Positions 17,225 to 27,609 of a stretch of 64,000 nt of DNA are shown piece by piece. Under the pieces are notes generated by a model, which worked only from the letters and a program-made list of their open reading frames with translations, was not told the origin of the DNA and ran no database searches. Every line of letters begins with the position of its first letter. Position 1 is the stretch's first letter. Source of the DNA: Spirochaetia bacterium (lineage in GTDB: Bacteria > Spirochaetota > Spirochaetia > UBA9216); NCBI GenBank assembly GCA_963675665.1, contig OY776510.1, positions 288,001 through 352,000 on the forward strand, read 5' to 3'. The position numbers were made by a program, and so were the translations under genes.

Positions 17225-20122
17225 TTATTCTTCGTACTCTATATCAACAATCTCAAGGCCGTCCGAATCGGCAGCTATAAGGAGAGTTTCACCGTCGGTA
17301 CAGATTTTGTTGTTGTCGTTCTCTCCCTGCGTTTCATAGGTGCCGACCAGATGCGGAGACACAGGGTTTGCTATCCCTATAACGGCCACACCCGGATTTT
17401 TGTCGTAAGGGGAGGTGTTATCGTAATAGGATACAAACGCATATTCACCCGCTATTTCAACATCGCATGCATACAGATCTTCATAGGCCATATCACACTG
17501 ATATACTGTCGGGCTCCAGCCTGATGTTGAGGGCGATGATACATCAATGATCTTCAGCCCTTCCAAACCGTCGGCAACATAAACATAATTGTCCTGTACA
17601 TCGATTGCCAGCGCTTCTCCGGCAGTGCTGTACATACCTTTGTATACGGGATTTTTCGGATCTGTTATATCGAAAACCTGAATTCCGAGCCAGGCGCTTA
17701 ACAGGTAAAGGTTATCCCCTTCAATAACGCAGTCGGTTATATTTCCGGCAGTATTAGTCGTTTCCCTGTAAAACGGCCAGCCCGTTTCAGAGGGGTCGGA
17801 CACATCTATAACCGTAAAGCCCGAGCCGTAATTGGATAAATATAAATAATCTCCCTTCAGGGCAAACCCCACGACCGTATCATCCAGCTCACAGCTGTAA
17901 GAATCCGGGTTCCAGCCTGACACGGGATTTGAGATGTCCACTATCTGAAGGGCCTTTGTTCCACCTGAATCACTGATTGACATATACAGCTGATCACCGT
18001 CCGCCTGCATTTCCCTTATGGTCCCTAACGGCGTGAATGTGCATATATTCAGCGGGGCAGTTGTACTGTTTATGTCAACAACAGTCAAATCTCCTCCGTA
18101 TTCAGCGGAAAAAGCCAGATCCCCGTATAGCGCAACAGAAAAAGATTCACCTGCAACAGCTTGCAGGGCTGCCTGTGTGTAGTCAAAAATACCGTCTACA
18201 TTCAGAAGCGAAAGGCTGCTGTCGGAACCCGCCACATAGGCATAGCCGCCGGACACGTCGATACCCGAGACAGAAGCTTCGGAGTAAAAATCGCCAAGGA
18301 CCGGAGAGGCCGGATCAGCAATATTAACAATACGGACCCCGCTATCCTCTTCGGTTACATAAGCGAAGTCGCCTTCCACATCTATCTCCAGGGCTTTTCT
18401 GGAAAACATGTACTGCCCTTCTGCCGAAGGAGACGACGGGTCTGAAACGTCATAGACAACAAGACTATTTCCGTCGACAACATAAGCATAATCACCCTGA
18501 ATGGCCACATCCATTGCCGGGAGACCGACTCCTGATGCCGCCGGATATACCTTGTACATATCAGATGTTCTGATAATATCCATTCCGAAATAGACACTCC
18601 ATGGATCAATATAAACCGCAAAAAGGTAGTTTCCGTCTTCGCTTACCGCCAGTTTATTATAATCGGCATCGGATCTTGTGTATGTATCCGATACGAAAGG
18701 ATTCTCCGGGTCTGTAACCGTAATCCTGTCGACACCCCCGGTGCCTGTACCTATGTCAAGGGGAAAACCCGCATACACATATTTGGTTCCGGTTGCATCC
18801 GAATACACCACTTCATTTATTCTGCCGCCGGGATCCGAGGTCGGGCAAAGTCCAAGCTCGCCATAATCTCCTTTATTATAACTGAATATCTGCATCCCGT
18901 TGTTTTTGTCGGCAACATACGCATAATAGTTTTCAACATCAACCGCCTTAACGTAACAGTCGGTCCAGGTTGTCGGTGTCAGAGGGTTCGGTAAAAGCTT
19001 ATTGGATATATTCACGCGCTGAAGACCGTCAGCTCCCTGGGCAAGGTAGGCATAGATTCCGGATACGTCGATATCCGTATTTACCCCGGCAGTAAATGCT
19101 GAAGAGCTGTGAAGGTATAAAGCATAGGGGTACCGGCAGGGCTCGGCAGAGGCTGCTTCACTGAACACACATCCTTCAATGGCCGGAACGATTTTATACC
19201 TGTACCCGGTTCCTGCAACAACATTTGAATCAATGAAACTTGTGGAAGAAATATCTCCTGATATATTAACAAAATCTTCGGACGACCCGACTGCCCTGTA
19301 AACCCGGTAATCAAGATCAGCAGACATGTTCTGCCAGCTTAAATGCAGGCTGCCGTACATACTTCGAATGTCCGGTTTTAAAGATCGTGAAGAAAGGGGA
19401 ACCGTTTTTATATAGCCGGAACTCCAGGTTTTTCCGGATGAAGAGACGGCATTAATTATAAAGGTATAGATTTTTCCGTTCTCAAGGTTTTCCAGCGCCA
19501 GCGGAGAAGCCGAAGTGTAAGCGGACTGAATATTCGCAAGCTGAGTTCCATATTGAAGCGACGGGTAATTTCCATTATCAGTATAATAAATATTATAACT
19601 TTCGGCGCCTTCAACAGGCTCCCAGCTTAAGGATACGCATTTGTTTCCGGGAACAGCTTTAAAAGACGACATTGCACTGCCGGAATATATCAGTCTCAAA
19701 GTTAACGGTTCGCTTTCATTCTCATTCCAGTCGCGGGCATTTACAGTCAATAAAATATCCGTAGCATAATCTGTTGTTGAAAAAGTGAAAGAAAAAGTCC
19801 CGCCGATCCCTGTTTCAACCGCTTGCCCGGCAACTTCAATATCACCGGTTTCCGAGCGGCTTCCAAGCGCATCAGTCAGTGTATATGTTAACACCGGCAT
19901 AACCGAACCGTCGTCCGAAACATTACCTGTAACCGTTACGCTCTGCCCGAAAACCGAATCGGATACCGGGGAGTCTATCTCTATTATCGGAGCTGTTCTA
20001 TCTTTTGCATTCTGGATAACCGTCGAATCGAAGGGTGCAAGGGGCGACCCGCATGCATAAATAAACAACATTCCAATAATGGCCGGAACCAATAAAATTA
20101 CAATCTTTTTCACAGAACTCAT
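17225..20122 (-). CDS. Large surface lipoprotein with Ig/FN3-like domains and LVIVD beta-propeller repeats
   Basis: Lipobox IYAC; LSW..V.GA.SYNIY FN3 pattern; many YAYVAD...GL.I.D.SDP repeats; ATG at 20122 preferred. Confidence 0.82.
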   Translation of the reverse strand: MSSVKKIVILLVPAIIGMLFIYACGSPLAPFDSTVIQNAKDRTAPIIEIDSPVSDSVFGQSVTVTGNVSDDGSVMPVLTYTLTDALGSRSETGDIEVAGQAVETGIGGTFSFTFSTTDYATDILLTVNARDWNENESEPLTLRLIYSGSAMSSFKAVPGNKCVSLSWEPVEGAESYNIYYTDNGNYPSLQYGTQLANIQSAYTSASPLALENLENGKIYTFIINAVSSSGKTWSSGYIKTVPLSSRSLKPDIRSMYGSLHLSWQNMSADLDYRVYRAVGSSEDFVNISGDISSTSFIDSNVVAGTGYRYKIVPAIEGCVFSEAASAEPCRYPYALYLHSSSAFTAGVNTDIDVSGIYAYLAQGADGLQRVNISNKLLPNPLTPTTWTDCYVKAVDVENYYAYVADKNNGMQIFSYNKGDYGELGLCPTSDPGGRINEVVYSDATGTKYVYAGFPLDIGTGTGGVDRITVTDPENPFVSDTYTRSDADYNKLAVSEDGNYLFAVYIDPWSVYFGMDIIRTSDMYKVYPAASGVGLPAMDVAIQGDYAYVVDGNSLVVYDVSDPSSPSAEGQYMFSRKALEIDVEGDFAYVTEEDSGVRIVNIADPASPVLGDFYSEASVSGIDVSGGYAYVAGSDSSLSLLNVDGIFDYTQAALQAVAGESFSVALYGDLAFSAEYGGDLTVVDINSTTAPLNICTFTPLGTIREMQADGDQLYMSISDSGGTKALQIVDISNPVSGWNPDSYSCELDDTVVGFALKGDYLYLSNYGSGFTVIDVSDPSETGWPFYRETTNTAGNITDCVIEGDNLYLLSAWLGIQVFDITDPKNPVYKGMYSTAGEALAIDVQDNYVYVADGLEGLKIIDVSSPSTSGWSPTVYQCDMAYEDLYACDVEIAGEYAFVSYYDNTSPYDKNPGVAVIGIANPVSPHLVGTYETQGENDNNKICTDGETLLIAADSDGLEIVDIEYEE

Positions 20123-20123
20123 A

Positions 20124-22355
20124 CTATTCCTCGTCTTCAATAAATAAAAGGTTATCGGAGTATTCGGCGCTTGAAGCTTTTACTCCCTCATCAGCCCCGG
20201 CGATATATGAAAAAGCAAGGCTGTCTTCCGGAACAAGCTGTTTTGCAGTATTAAAGTTATCGCCGGCTGATGCTACGTTTCCTTCACTGTATTCAATACG
20301 CGCTGCATTCAAAAGAATTTTTCCGTATAACGGGGATTTTTCTTTACCGGTCTGCTCAAGTTTTCCCAGTATCTCGTAATAGATTTTCAGGGAATCCGAA
20401 TCCCTTCCCTTAAGGGTTTCCAGATTGGCCAGGTTGACAAGCGCGGGAATATAATCCTTGTCCTGCCGAATTGCTTTATTGAAAGCATCTTCAGCAGATT
20501 CATAATCGGCAAACCTTGAAAAGGCAATACCCAGCCTGTTGAAATCCTGTTTTTTCCCTCCCGTTTTAACCTTCTGCTGATAAAAGGCTATTGATTCGTT
20601 ACGAATTCCGGAGAGATCGGCTTTCACTTTATCGGCCAGCAATTCGCTGCTTCCGTACTGCAGGCCCAGGTCACTCTCTTTCAATCCTACAGGCCTGAAA
20701 ACCGCCTGGGCTTCATGAGTTTTTGTAAATTCCCGCTTTTCGGGCTCTTTGTCCCAGGCATGCCATTCCCCGGCTCCGCGTTTCCAGGCTTCATTGAAAT
20801 TTGATACGCCTATCAGGGTAATTTCGACCGGAACCCATAATTCACCGTCGAGATTAATTGTCAAATCCCTCGAAGGGTGAAGATCAACGTATTTTGACGA
20901 AGGCACTTTGGTGTTGAAAGCCGCGTAGATATGACCCGGAACGGTAATATACGATGTTTCAATACCGAGCGTTTCAAGAAGGCTGCAGAACAGGACAGTA
21001 AGATCATCACAGTCGCCCGTAATTCGTTTCAGGGTGTCCCTTGGAAGACTGACGGAATCAACAACATCAAGATTGTTCTGGGCCGAAGTGAACGGAGAAG
21101 ACGGATCACTTTGATACATGCATCCCAGAACCGAAAGTGCATTGAAGATATTTACAGCTTCCTGAATTTCCCTGTTGTATCCGGGGAAATTCACATTTTT
21201 AACGCTCTGCCTGATATAGCTTGTATAGTTTCTGAGGGCGCTGTCGGCGGGAGTAATAAAAGCCGCAACCTTGCGTTCATCATCCCAGGTAAGCGCGGTT
21301 TTATCATGCAGATCGAAAGAAACAGTCTGCCGCTGCTCAATGGTTCTGTTTTTATATTCATACGATGCTATAATTTCACCGGTATAAGGTGTAATACCTT
21401 CAGCCTGGAAAACATTTGAGTTAAAAGCCGCAAAAACCGGAACTTCCGCTGAATCTCCGGGCCCCAACTCTTCAATTGAAGCGCAAAAGGTCGGCGCATC
21501 CATAAGCCCGGGCTGATAGAAGGAAATTTCAATATTGCTGATTGGTGTTTTTTCCTTATTAAGGAAACTGATTTTCTCAACCGGGTTATTGATATAGTAA
21601 CTCTGCATTGCCGCAAAAACCGAAGGCATCCTGATTTCTCCAAATTTTAAACTTCGGATAAGGGAAGAAGCAGAATCAGGATCTTCGCCAAAACGGTAAT
21701 GCATCGAAAGACCTATTCCGATGGAAAACCCGTTAAAATCGTTAAATTCCACCCCGTCATCAGGCAGCGCTGATTGATATTTTATCCTTGGGTTAACTTC
21801 TATACATAAATTATATGCAGGATCCAAAGCTATGCTTCCAAAGGCCTCCGCATACAGGTACGGCATTGTATATGTAAATTCGGTGGAAAGATTTGCAAAA
21901 AACGCCTGGGAATAACCGCCCGACAAACCTGCCCCAATCTCGAAATCTTTGGAAAACCTGTTGGCCCAGGCCATGCCCAGTCCGCCGTAAAGGGTCATAA
22001 AATCCCAGGCATCGTCTGCTTCAAGGTAATTGCGTGAATCATATTTGCCCATTCCCAACTGGAGCATAGGCTGAAAAACCGGAGCAAAAGCAAGCGGTTT
22101 CCTTAATACTGCCGAGACCTCAAAAATATTAAAGTCGGAACCGTAATCCGCAAAAGGAGAAACCGCCTGGTACTCAACAGCCATCGAAAACGGAAACCGG
22201 TAATAGTCATTATAATCAGTAGTATCAGAATAAACATTAACTGATATCAGGAGCAATAATACCGGAGATATATACAGCAGGAGTTTTTTATACATTTTTT
22301 TTGGCCTCACTTGAGCTAATTCATTGTTTTCGTAATCAATATACCACATAATCAT
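20124..22355 (-). CDS. Exported multidomain protein: beta-strand-rich N-domain, transglutaminase-like core, TPRs
   Basis: Signal peptide (start probably at the internal MYKKLL); GDCDD..LFCSLLE..GHIY..WVPVE core; C-terminal TPRs. Confidence 0.72.
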   Translation of the reverse strand: MIMWYIDYENNELAQVRPKKMYKKLLLYISPVLLLLISVNVYSDTTDYNDYYRFPFSMAVEYQAVSPFADYGSDFNIFEVSAVLRKPLAFAPVFQPMLQLGMGKYDSRNYLEADDAWDFMTLYGGLGMAWANRFSKDFEIGAGLSGGYSQAFFANLSTEFTYTMPYLYAEAFGSIALDPAYNLCIEVNPRIKYQSALPDDGVEFNDFNGFSIGIGLSMHYRFGEDPDSASSLIRSLKFGEIRMPSVFAAMQSYYINNPVEKISFLNKEKTPISNIEISFYQPGLMDAPTFCASIEELGPGDSAEVPVFAAFNSNVFQAEGITPYTGEIIASYEYKNRTIEQRQTVSFDLHDKTALTWDDERKVAAFITPADSALRNYTSYIRQSVKNVNFPGYNREIQEAVNIFNALSVLGCMYQSDPSSPFTSAQNNLDVVDSVSLPRDTLKRITGDCDDLTVLFCSLLETLGIETSYITVPGHIYAAFNTKVPSSKYVDLHPSRDLTINLDGELWVPVEITLIGVSNFNEAWKRGAGEWHAWDKEPEKREFTKTHEAQAVFRPVGLKESDLGLQYGSSELLADKVKADLSGIRNESIAFYQQKVKTGGKKQDFNRLGIAFSRFADYESAEDAFNKAIRQDKDYIPALVNLANLETLKGRDSDSLKIYYEILGKLEQTGKEKSPLYGKILLNAARIEYSEGNVASAGDNFNTAKQLVPEDSLAFSYIAGADEGVKASSAEYSDNLLFIEDEE

Positions 22356-22473
22356 CTCATATTCATCAATATAATGACCAAATCAGTAATACACAGGCTG
22401 TTGGAAACTTGTTTGTTTTTTCTTCCCGGTTTTTTTCTTTACACCTTAAGCCGGCTGCGGTTAGAATAACAGA

Positions 22474-23046
22474 ATGAAAAAATACCTATTTAAAATAATT
22501 ATTTCTCTGTTGCTGATTCCTCTCTTTTCCTGTACCGGGAATGACGCAGGGCCGCAGAAGGATTCCATTGAGCTTTCCGTCAGGCAGCTTCTTGAAATGC
22601 CCTCTATTGAACAGATATACCGCGATATTGTGTATATCGGCGAAAAGGAAAAAATACTCTTTTTCACCACAACAGACAAGGAAGTGCTTTTCTCAATCGA
22701 TATAAAAATACAGGCGGGAATAAGAAACGCCGGTCTTGTCGATATTGAAATATCGGAGAACAATGAAAACGTCAGGAAAGCAGTTGTAAGCCTGCCGAAA
22801 TCGGAAATTCTTCTTGTTGACGCGGAAGAGAACAGTATTGAGCAGTATTTTATAAAGGAGCGGGGCGAGCAGATTTCGCGGCTTGAATACTATGATGAAA
22901 TAAACCGGAAAAAAACGGAGATCGAGGCCTCGGCAGTATCGGCAGGCATTCTTGAAAAGGCGGACTCCAACTGCCGGGATCTTATAAAAAGCTTTCTGTC
23001 GTTATCAGGCATTGACTCAATCGAATTCAGGGAGCTTTCGGAATGA
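22474..23046 (+). CDS. DUF4230-like lipoprotein
   Basis: Lipobox LFSC; IQAGI..VSLPKSEIL..GILEKA.....LIKSFL pattern. Confidence 0.65.
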   Translation: MKKYLFKIIISLLLIPLFSCTGNDAGPQKDSIELSVRQLLEMPSIEQIYRDIVYIGEKEKILFFTTTDKEVLFSIDIKIQAGIRNAGLVDIEISENNENVRKAVVSLPKSEILLVDAEENSIEQYFIKERGEQISRLEYYDEINRKKTEIEASAVSAGILEKADSNCRDLIKSFLSLSGIDSIEFRELSE

Positions 23047-23777
23047 AGAACAGGTTCCCTTTCAGATTATTGCTTGCGCTTCTTATTATTCTGGCTTCCG
23101 CTGCTGTCATATATATTATTCAGAGGAATTTTGATATTAAATTTACAAATCCTTTTGTCAAAAATGAAAAAACAGCTGCTTCAACTATAATTCTGAAACA
23201 GGTCAGGGACATCAGCCGTCTTAATACAATCGAGTTTATTTATAAATCGGTCTTTCCATATGACCTGATAGATCCGGACACTGATTTTCGTGCGCTCACT
23301 TCCCGTTACAGGGCCGGAGAAAAACTAAGCTTTCACGAAATTGAGATGCTTTCTGTCTTTGGCATTTCAGCTCAAGCGGGGATTGATCTGCTAAAAGCGG
23401 ATCATTCGTTTGCTATAATTACAACAAGGCTGAAGGCCGGTTATGATTTTCCCGAAACTCTTCCCGCCGATTCCGTAAAAGTTAATCCGCAGAATAACAC
23501 AATAGAAATAAAGCTTCCGCCCGTAAAAATAACCGAAGTGATAATAGAAGATGCTGACAGTTCCGATTACGATTATCCTGATCTGAAAATCAGTCCGGAA
23601 CAATGGAAAACTCTGACTTCAATACTCTCGAAGATTGTAACAGACGAGGCCGAAGAACGCGGAATACTGGCGGAGGCTGATGAGCGCGGCCGAGAGTTCT
23701 TCACCCGTATACTGCTCGGATCAGGATTCTCGGAAGTGGTTTTTTCAGATTATATCAAACCGAGCGAAGCCGAATAG
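23043..23777 (+). CDS. DUF4230-like membrane-anchored protein
   Basis: TM helix; LKAGYDF..IKLPPVKI..GILAEA pattern; ATGA overlap with the upstream gene. Confidence 0.65.
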   Translation: MKNRFPFRLLLALLIILASAAVIYIIQRNFDIKFTNPFVKNEKTAASTIILKQVRDISRLNTIEFIYKSVFPYDLIDPDTDFRALTSRYRAGEKLSFHEIEMLSVFGISAQAGIDLLKADHSFAIITTRLKAGYDFPETLPADSVKVNPQNNTIEIKLPPVKITEVIIEDADSSDYDYPDLKISPEQWKTLTSILSKIVTDEAEERGILAEADERGREFFTRILLGSGFSEVVFSDYIKPSEAE

Positions 23778-26164
23778 GTTTTAAGCTCTTCAAAGGCATT
23801 TTTTACCGATATAAGGTTTGCTTTGGAATTTTCGATCTCGCCGTCCCGCGAAGAATATTCCAATACCCTGGCCGCTTCTCCCAGGTTTTCCATACTCAGA
23901 TTCAGGGCGCTTCCTTTTATTGAATGGGCCAATTCACGGCTTCCGTTGGTATCGCCGCTTGAAAGGCAGTTTTCTATTTGCGGCAGCTGTCCCTCTACCT
24001 TGACAATATAATTCTTTACAAGATTTTTTACCGTCTCTTCATTTCCAAGAAATGTGCTTACTGCTTCATTATAATCAAAGACTATGCCTTTATCTTCACT
24101 TAATTCTTCAACCGCCTCAAGTTCAGCCACTTCATCTGCATCATCTGAAACATTCGGTGCAGGTGTCGGTTCCCTGGTTAAAACATTACCGTCATGATCA
24201 ACACCTTTCCACTTCATAAGAACAGGCTGAAGATCCTTTTTCTTGAACGGCTTGGTCAGAAAATCGGTCATTCCGCAGGCAAAACATTTATCGCGTTCCC
24301 CTTTTATCGCACTTGCAGTAACCGCAATTATAGGAACCCTTGATCCCTTTTTCCTGATTTCTTCAGTTGCTTCATAACCGTTCATTTCAGGCATCTGGCA
24401 ATCCATAAAAATTATGTCGGGTACTGTATCAAGCGCCTGCTGAACAGCTTCAATACCGTTCGACGCAAGAACAACCTCGCATCCAAGGTTCTGGAGAATG
24501 GACTTGAACAGCTGCTGATTTACCTCGTGATCTTCTGCAACAAGAGCCTTAATCCTGCCCAATTCGGCTTCATCCTCAACCGGAAGAAGTTCAGCGACAT
24601 CCTCGGTATCATCAGTCTTCTGCATTCCGGCAAAAACCGAATAAAGCTGGTTCTTTTTCAACGGTTTATTCAGATACCCGCTGAACCAGTTTAAAAGTTT
24701 CATCTTGGCTTCGTCTGCACTGCGCCCGGCAGGGCTGACAAGATATAGTTTTAAATCTTTTAGCGACTCAAATCCATCCTGCTCCCGAAGGGAATTAATC
24801 TCACTGGCCATATACCAGCCGTCCATTCCCGGCATAATCTGATCAATGATACAGGAACTGAACGGAGTTTTTGATCCGCATGATTTCTTCAGGATTTCAA
24901 GAGCTTTGTTTCCGTCGGTAGCTTCAATTACCGTACATCCGAGTTCGCTGAGATATAAAGACAGGATCTCGCGTGCCGTTGAATTATCATCCACAATAAG
25001 GACACGTTCATTCTGATACTTCTGGATATAATCTTTATACTGACTTTGCCTGTTCTGCTTGCGAAACCTGGCTGTAAACCAGAACGTTGAACCTGCTCCA
25101 TCCGTACTCTCAACACCTATCTCACCATTCATCAACCTGGTAAGATTTTTTGATATTGTTAAACCAAGCCCTGTTCCGCCGTATTTTCTTGTTGTTGATG
25201 AATCAACCTGAGAGAATCCTTTAAACAGTTTATCAAGCTTTGCTTTTGGAATTCCGATACCGGTGTCGCGAACCCTGAACAGAAGAACTGCTTCGTCGTC
25301 AGTTTCTTCAACAGTACTTATCTTCAGTTCTATTTCACCCTCATGAGTGAATTTCATCGCATTATTAAACAGATTAACGATTATCTGCCGGAGTCTTGTC
25401 GGATCTCCATAAACCAGATGCGCTACATCGGGTTCTATATAAAGCGCCGCTTCAAGATTCTTTTTATGGGCTTCAAGCGCTACAAGATCTACTGCCGAAT
25501 ACGCAACCTCAAGCAGATCCATTTCAATCTCTTCAAGTTTCAATTTGCCTGCTTCGATTTTCTCAACATCAAGGATGTCGTTTATGAGACTCAAAAGTAC
25601 TTCCGCTGAAAATTCGACCTGTCCGGCATATTCCTTCTGTTCGGCATCAAGTATTGTCTCTTTTAAAAGCTCCGACATCCCGATAATAGTATGGATCGGC
25701 GTCCTTATTTCATGACTCATGTTAGCCAGAAATTCCGACTTGGTTTTTGTTGCTTTTTCAGCCACAAGTTTTGCGCGTGTGAGTTGTTCTTCAAGGATGA
25801 TCTGACTTGTAATATCCTCAACAATTACAAGCATGCAGTCGGGACACTCACTTCCGCCTGTTATTCCCGAAAGATTAAACCTGCACCATCCGAGTTTCAT
25901 CCGGTCTTTCTTGAACCTGACTTCAATTTTCAGCTTGCTTTTTTTGGAATTCTGAAAATCACCTATCTCGCGCAGAAACCCTTCACAATCTTCCTTGTAT
26001 ATAAATTCCGTTAAATTACAATTATCAGGAATTTCATTTCCCCTGCGGAAGATCCTTGCAGCCTCGGTATTGCACATAAGCACGTCGGCATCCCGATTAA
26101 GCAGCAACATCCCCAGCGGAGAATCAAGAAAGATCGATCTAAATAATGTTAATGATTCATCCAA
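23750..26164 (-). CDS. Hybrid histidine kinase (PAS-HisKA-HATPase-REC-REC-Hpt)
   Basis: FLANMSHEIRTP, GDPTRLRQ, DTGIG and GGTGLGL; two receivers; AHSIKGSA Hpt; no TM helix. Confidence 0.93.
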   Translation of the reverse strand: MDESLTLFRSIFLDSPLGMLLLNRDADVLMCNTEAARIFRRGNEIPDNCNLTEFIYKEDCEGFLREIGDFQNSKKSKLKIEVRFKKDRMKLGWCRFNLSGITGGSECPDCMLVIVEDITSQIILEEQLTRAKLVAEKATKTKSEFLANMSHEIRTPIHTIIGMSELLKETILDAEQKEYAGQVEFSAEVLLSLINDILDVEKIEAGKLKLEEIEMDLLEVAYSAVDLVALEAHKKNLEAALYIEPDVAHLVYGDPTRLRQIIVNLFNNAMKFTHEGEIELKISTVEETDDEAVLLFRVRDTGIGIPKAKLDKLFKGFSQVDSSTTRKYGGTGLGLTISKNLTRLMNGEIGVESTDGAGSTFWFTARFRKQNRQSQYKDYIQKYQNERVLIVDDNSTAREILSLYLSELGCTVIEATDGNKALEILKKSCGSKTPFSSCIIDQIMPGMDGWYMASEINSLREQDGFESLKDLKLYLVSPAGRSADEAKMKLLNWFSGYLNKPLKKNQLYSVFAGMQKTDDTEDVAELLPVEDEAELGRIKALVAEDHEVNQQLFKSILQNLGCEVVLASNGIEAVQQALDTVPDIIFMDCQMPEMNGYEATEEIRKKGSRVPIIAVTASAIKGERDKCFACGMTDFLTKPFKKKDLQPVLMKWKGVDHDGNVLTREPTPAPNVSDDADEVAELEAVEELSEDKGIVFDYNEAVSTFLGNEETVKNLVKNYIVKVEGQLPQIENCLSSGDTNGSRELAHSIKGSALNLSMENLGEAARVLEYSSRDGEIENSKANLISVKNAFEELKTYSASLGLI

Positions 26165-26190
26165 AATTTACTCTCACTCTTGTCTACATA

Positions 26191-27447
26191 TCAGAAATCA
26201 GATACGAGAATTTCAAAGGCTTTACTTTTAAGGTTTTCAGGCTTCAAAGGTTTGATAATATAGCTCTTAACCCCGAAGCTCATCGCTTTTCCGACAGTTT
26301 CTTTTCGTGACAGGGCGGAAAAAACAATTGTCGGAATAGTTATCTTTTGCTGTTTCATAAACTGAAGGACCTCAAAACCGTTCATTTCCGGCATCAGTAA
26401 ATCGAGAAAAACAAGATCAAAGCTGTCGGAAGACAAGGCATTTACAAATTCTTTACCGTTATCAAAAACGGAAAGGTTCCACCCGGTATCGGCAAGCACC
26501 GTCTTTACAAGCTCCTGGATAACCATATCGTCGTCAACAACGGCTATTCGGGCTTCAGGATAAACCCTTGCCTGCCCTTCTGCTATGTCATGCTTTTCAC
26601 TTTCAAACCGTAACTCGATTGATTCCTCTGAATCTTTAACCGGTTTTGACTTCGACAGGATTCTGTCTGCAGCAACTTCGTCATGGGCAATCTGATCCGG
26701 CTTGAGGCCAAGCAGATCATCCATTGCAAGATCCAGACTTTCCTTAATCTCAATTCCACGGTAATCGGGGTTTGCACGAATAAACCCGTTTAAAAAGTCG
26801 CTGGTCGCAAGAATTTTTATTGCTCTCGGTCTGTTTCCGGTTTGATCAAGAATGGTACGCATGAGCAAGTCCAGTTTCGCACTGTCCGATTCTTTAAGAT
26901 CAATATTGGAAAGCATAAGCAGGACCTTAGGCGCTGCTACTCCGTAAAGCTGGGTGAGTTCGGTAATCTTGAATTTTAACAGTTCTATTTTCTCCGAATT
27001 CAACCCCAGAGCCAATTCGATAAACAGGATCTCATCATTAAAATGCGCTTCAATAATACATGGAGAATCATCTATTTCAAGTTTAACCTGAAGAAAACCC
27101 GATACGGTTTGAAGCAGCGCATCAAGTTTAATGGGTTTTGAGAAGAATTTTTTTACATTATACTGTGCAACGGATAATATCTTTTCCCGATCAATCTTTG
27201 TCGAGATCATAATAACCGGCACATCCGCAACATTTTTGTTGCCGGATTTTTCTTTCAGAATTTCAATGCATGATTTTCGTGTAAGATAATACTCCGTGAT
27301 GACCAGATCAGGAAGATCATTTCTGAGCTTTAAAGCTCCTTCCAAACCGTTACGGGCTTCCATGACTTCGAAACCGTTCTCAACAAGTTTATTAGCCAGA
27401 TATTCTCTGAACAGACTTGAGTCATCAATGAGTAGTATTTTTTTCAT
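26191..27447 (-). CDS. Response regulator with two receiver domains and no recognisable output domain
   Basis: N-terminal REC (LIDDS..DLVITE..KP) and C-terminal REC (VVDDD..DLVFLDLLMP..KP). Confidence 0.85.
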   Translation of the reverse strand: MKKILLIDDSSLFREYLANKLVENGFEVMEARNGLEGALKLRNDLPDLVITEYYLTRKSCIEILKEKSGNKNVADVPVIMISTKIDREKILSVAQYNVKKFFSKPIKLDALLQTVSGFLQVKLEIDDSPCIIEAHFNDEILFIELALGLNSEKIELLKFKITELTQLYGVAAPKVLLMLSNIDLKESDSAKLDLLMRTILDQTGNRPRAIKILATSDFLNGFIRANPDYRGIEIKESLDLAMDDLLGLKPDQIAHDEVAADRILSKSKPVKDSEESIELRFESEKHDIAEGQARVYPEARIAVVDDDMVIQELVKTVLADTGWNLSVFDNGKEFVNALSSDSFDLVFLDLLMPEMNGFEVLQFMKQQKITIPTIVFSALSRKETVGKAMSFGVKSYIIKPLKPENLKSKAFEILVSDF

Positions 27448-27488
27448 TCGGGCCCCCTGACTTTATACAATAATAACTTATCGCTATA

Positions 27489-27515
27489 TTATCGGCTTTA
27501 TATCTGTTTTTTTCA
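27489..27515 (-). promoter_or_regulatory. Putative sigma-28 promoter of the regulator-kinase operon
   Basis: TGAA-N15-GCCGATAA with a consensus -10. Confidence 0.6.
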
Positions 27516-27609
27516 AGAACTGTTTAACTCCATTGTTAACTCCATATTAAAAACTGCAGTTTTTGAAGATCCCCTTAATTGACACCACCGCTGCAGAAGC
27601 TTAAATTAA

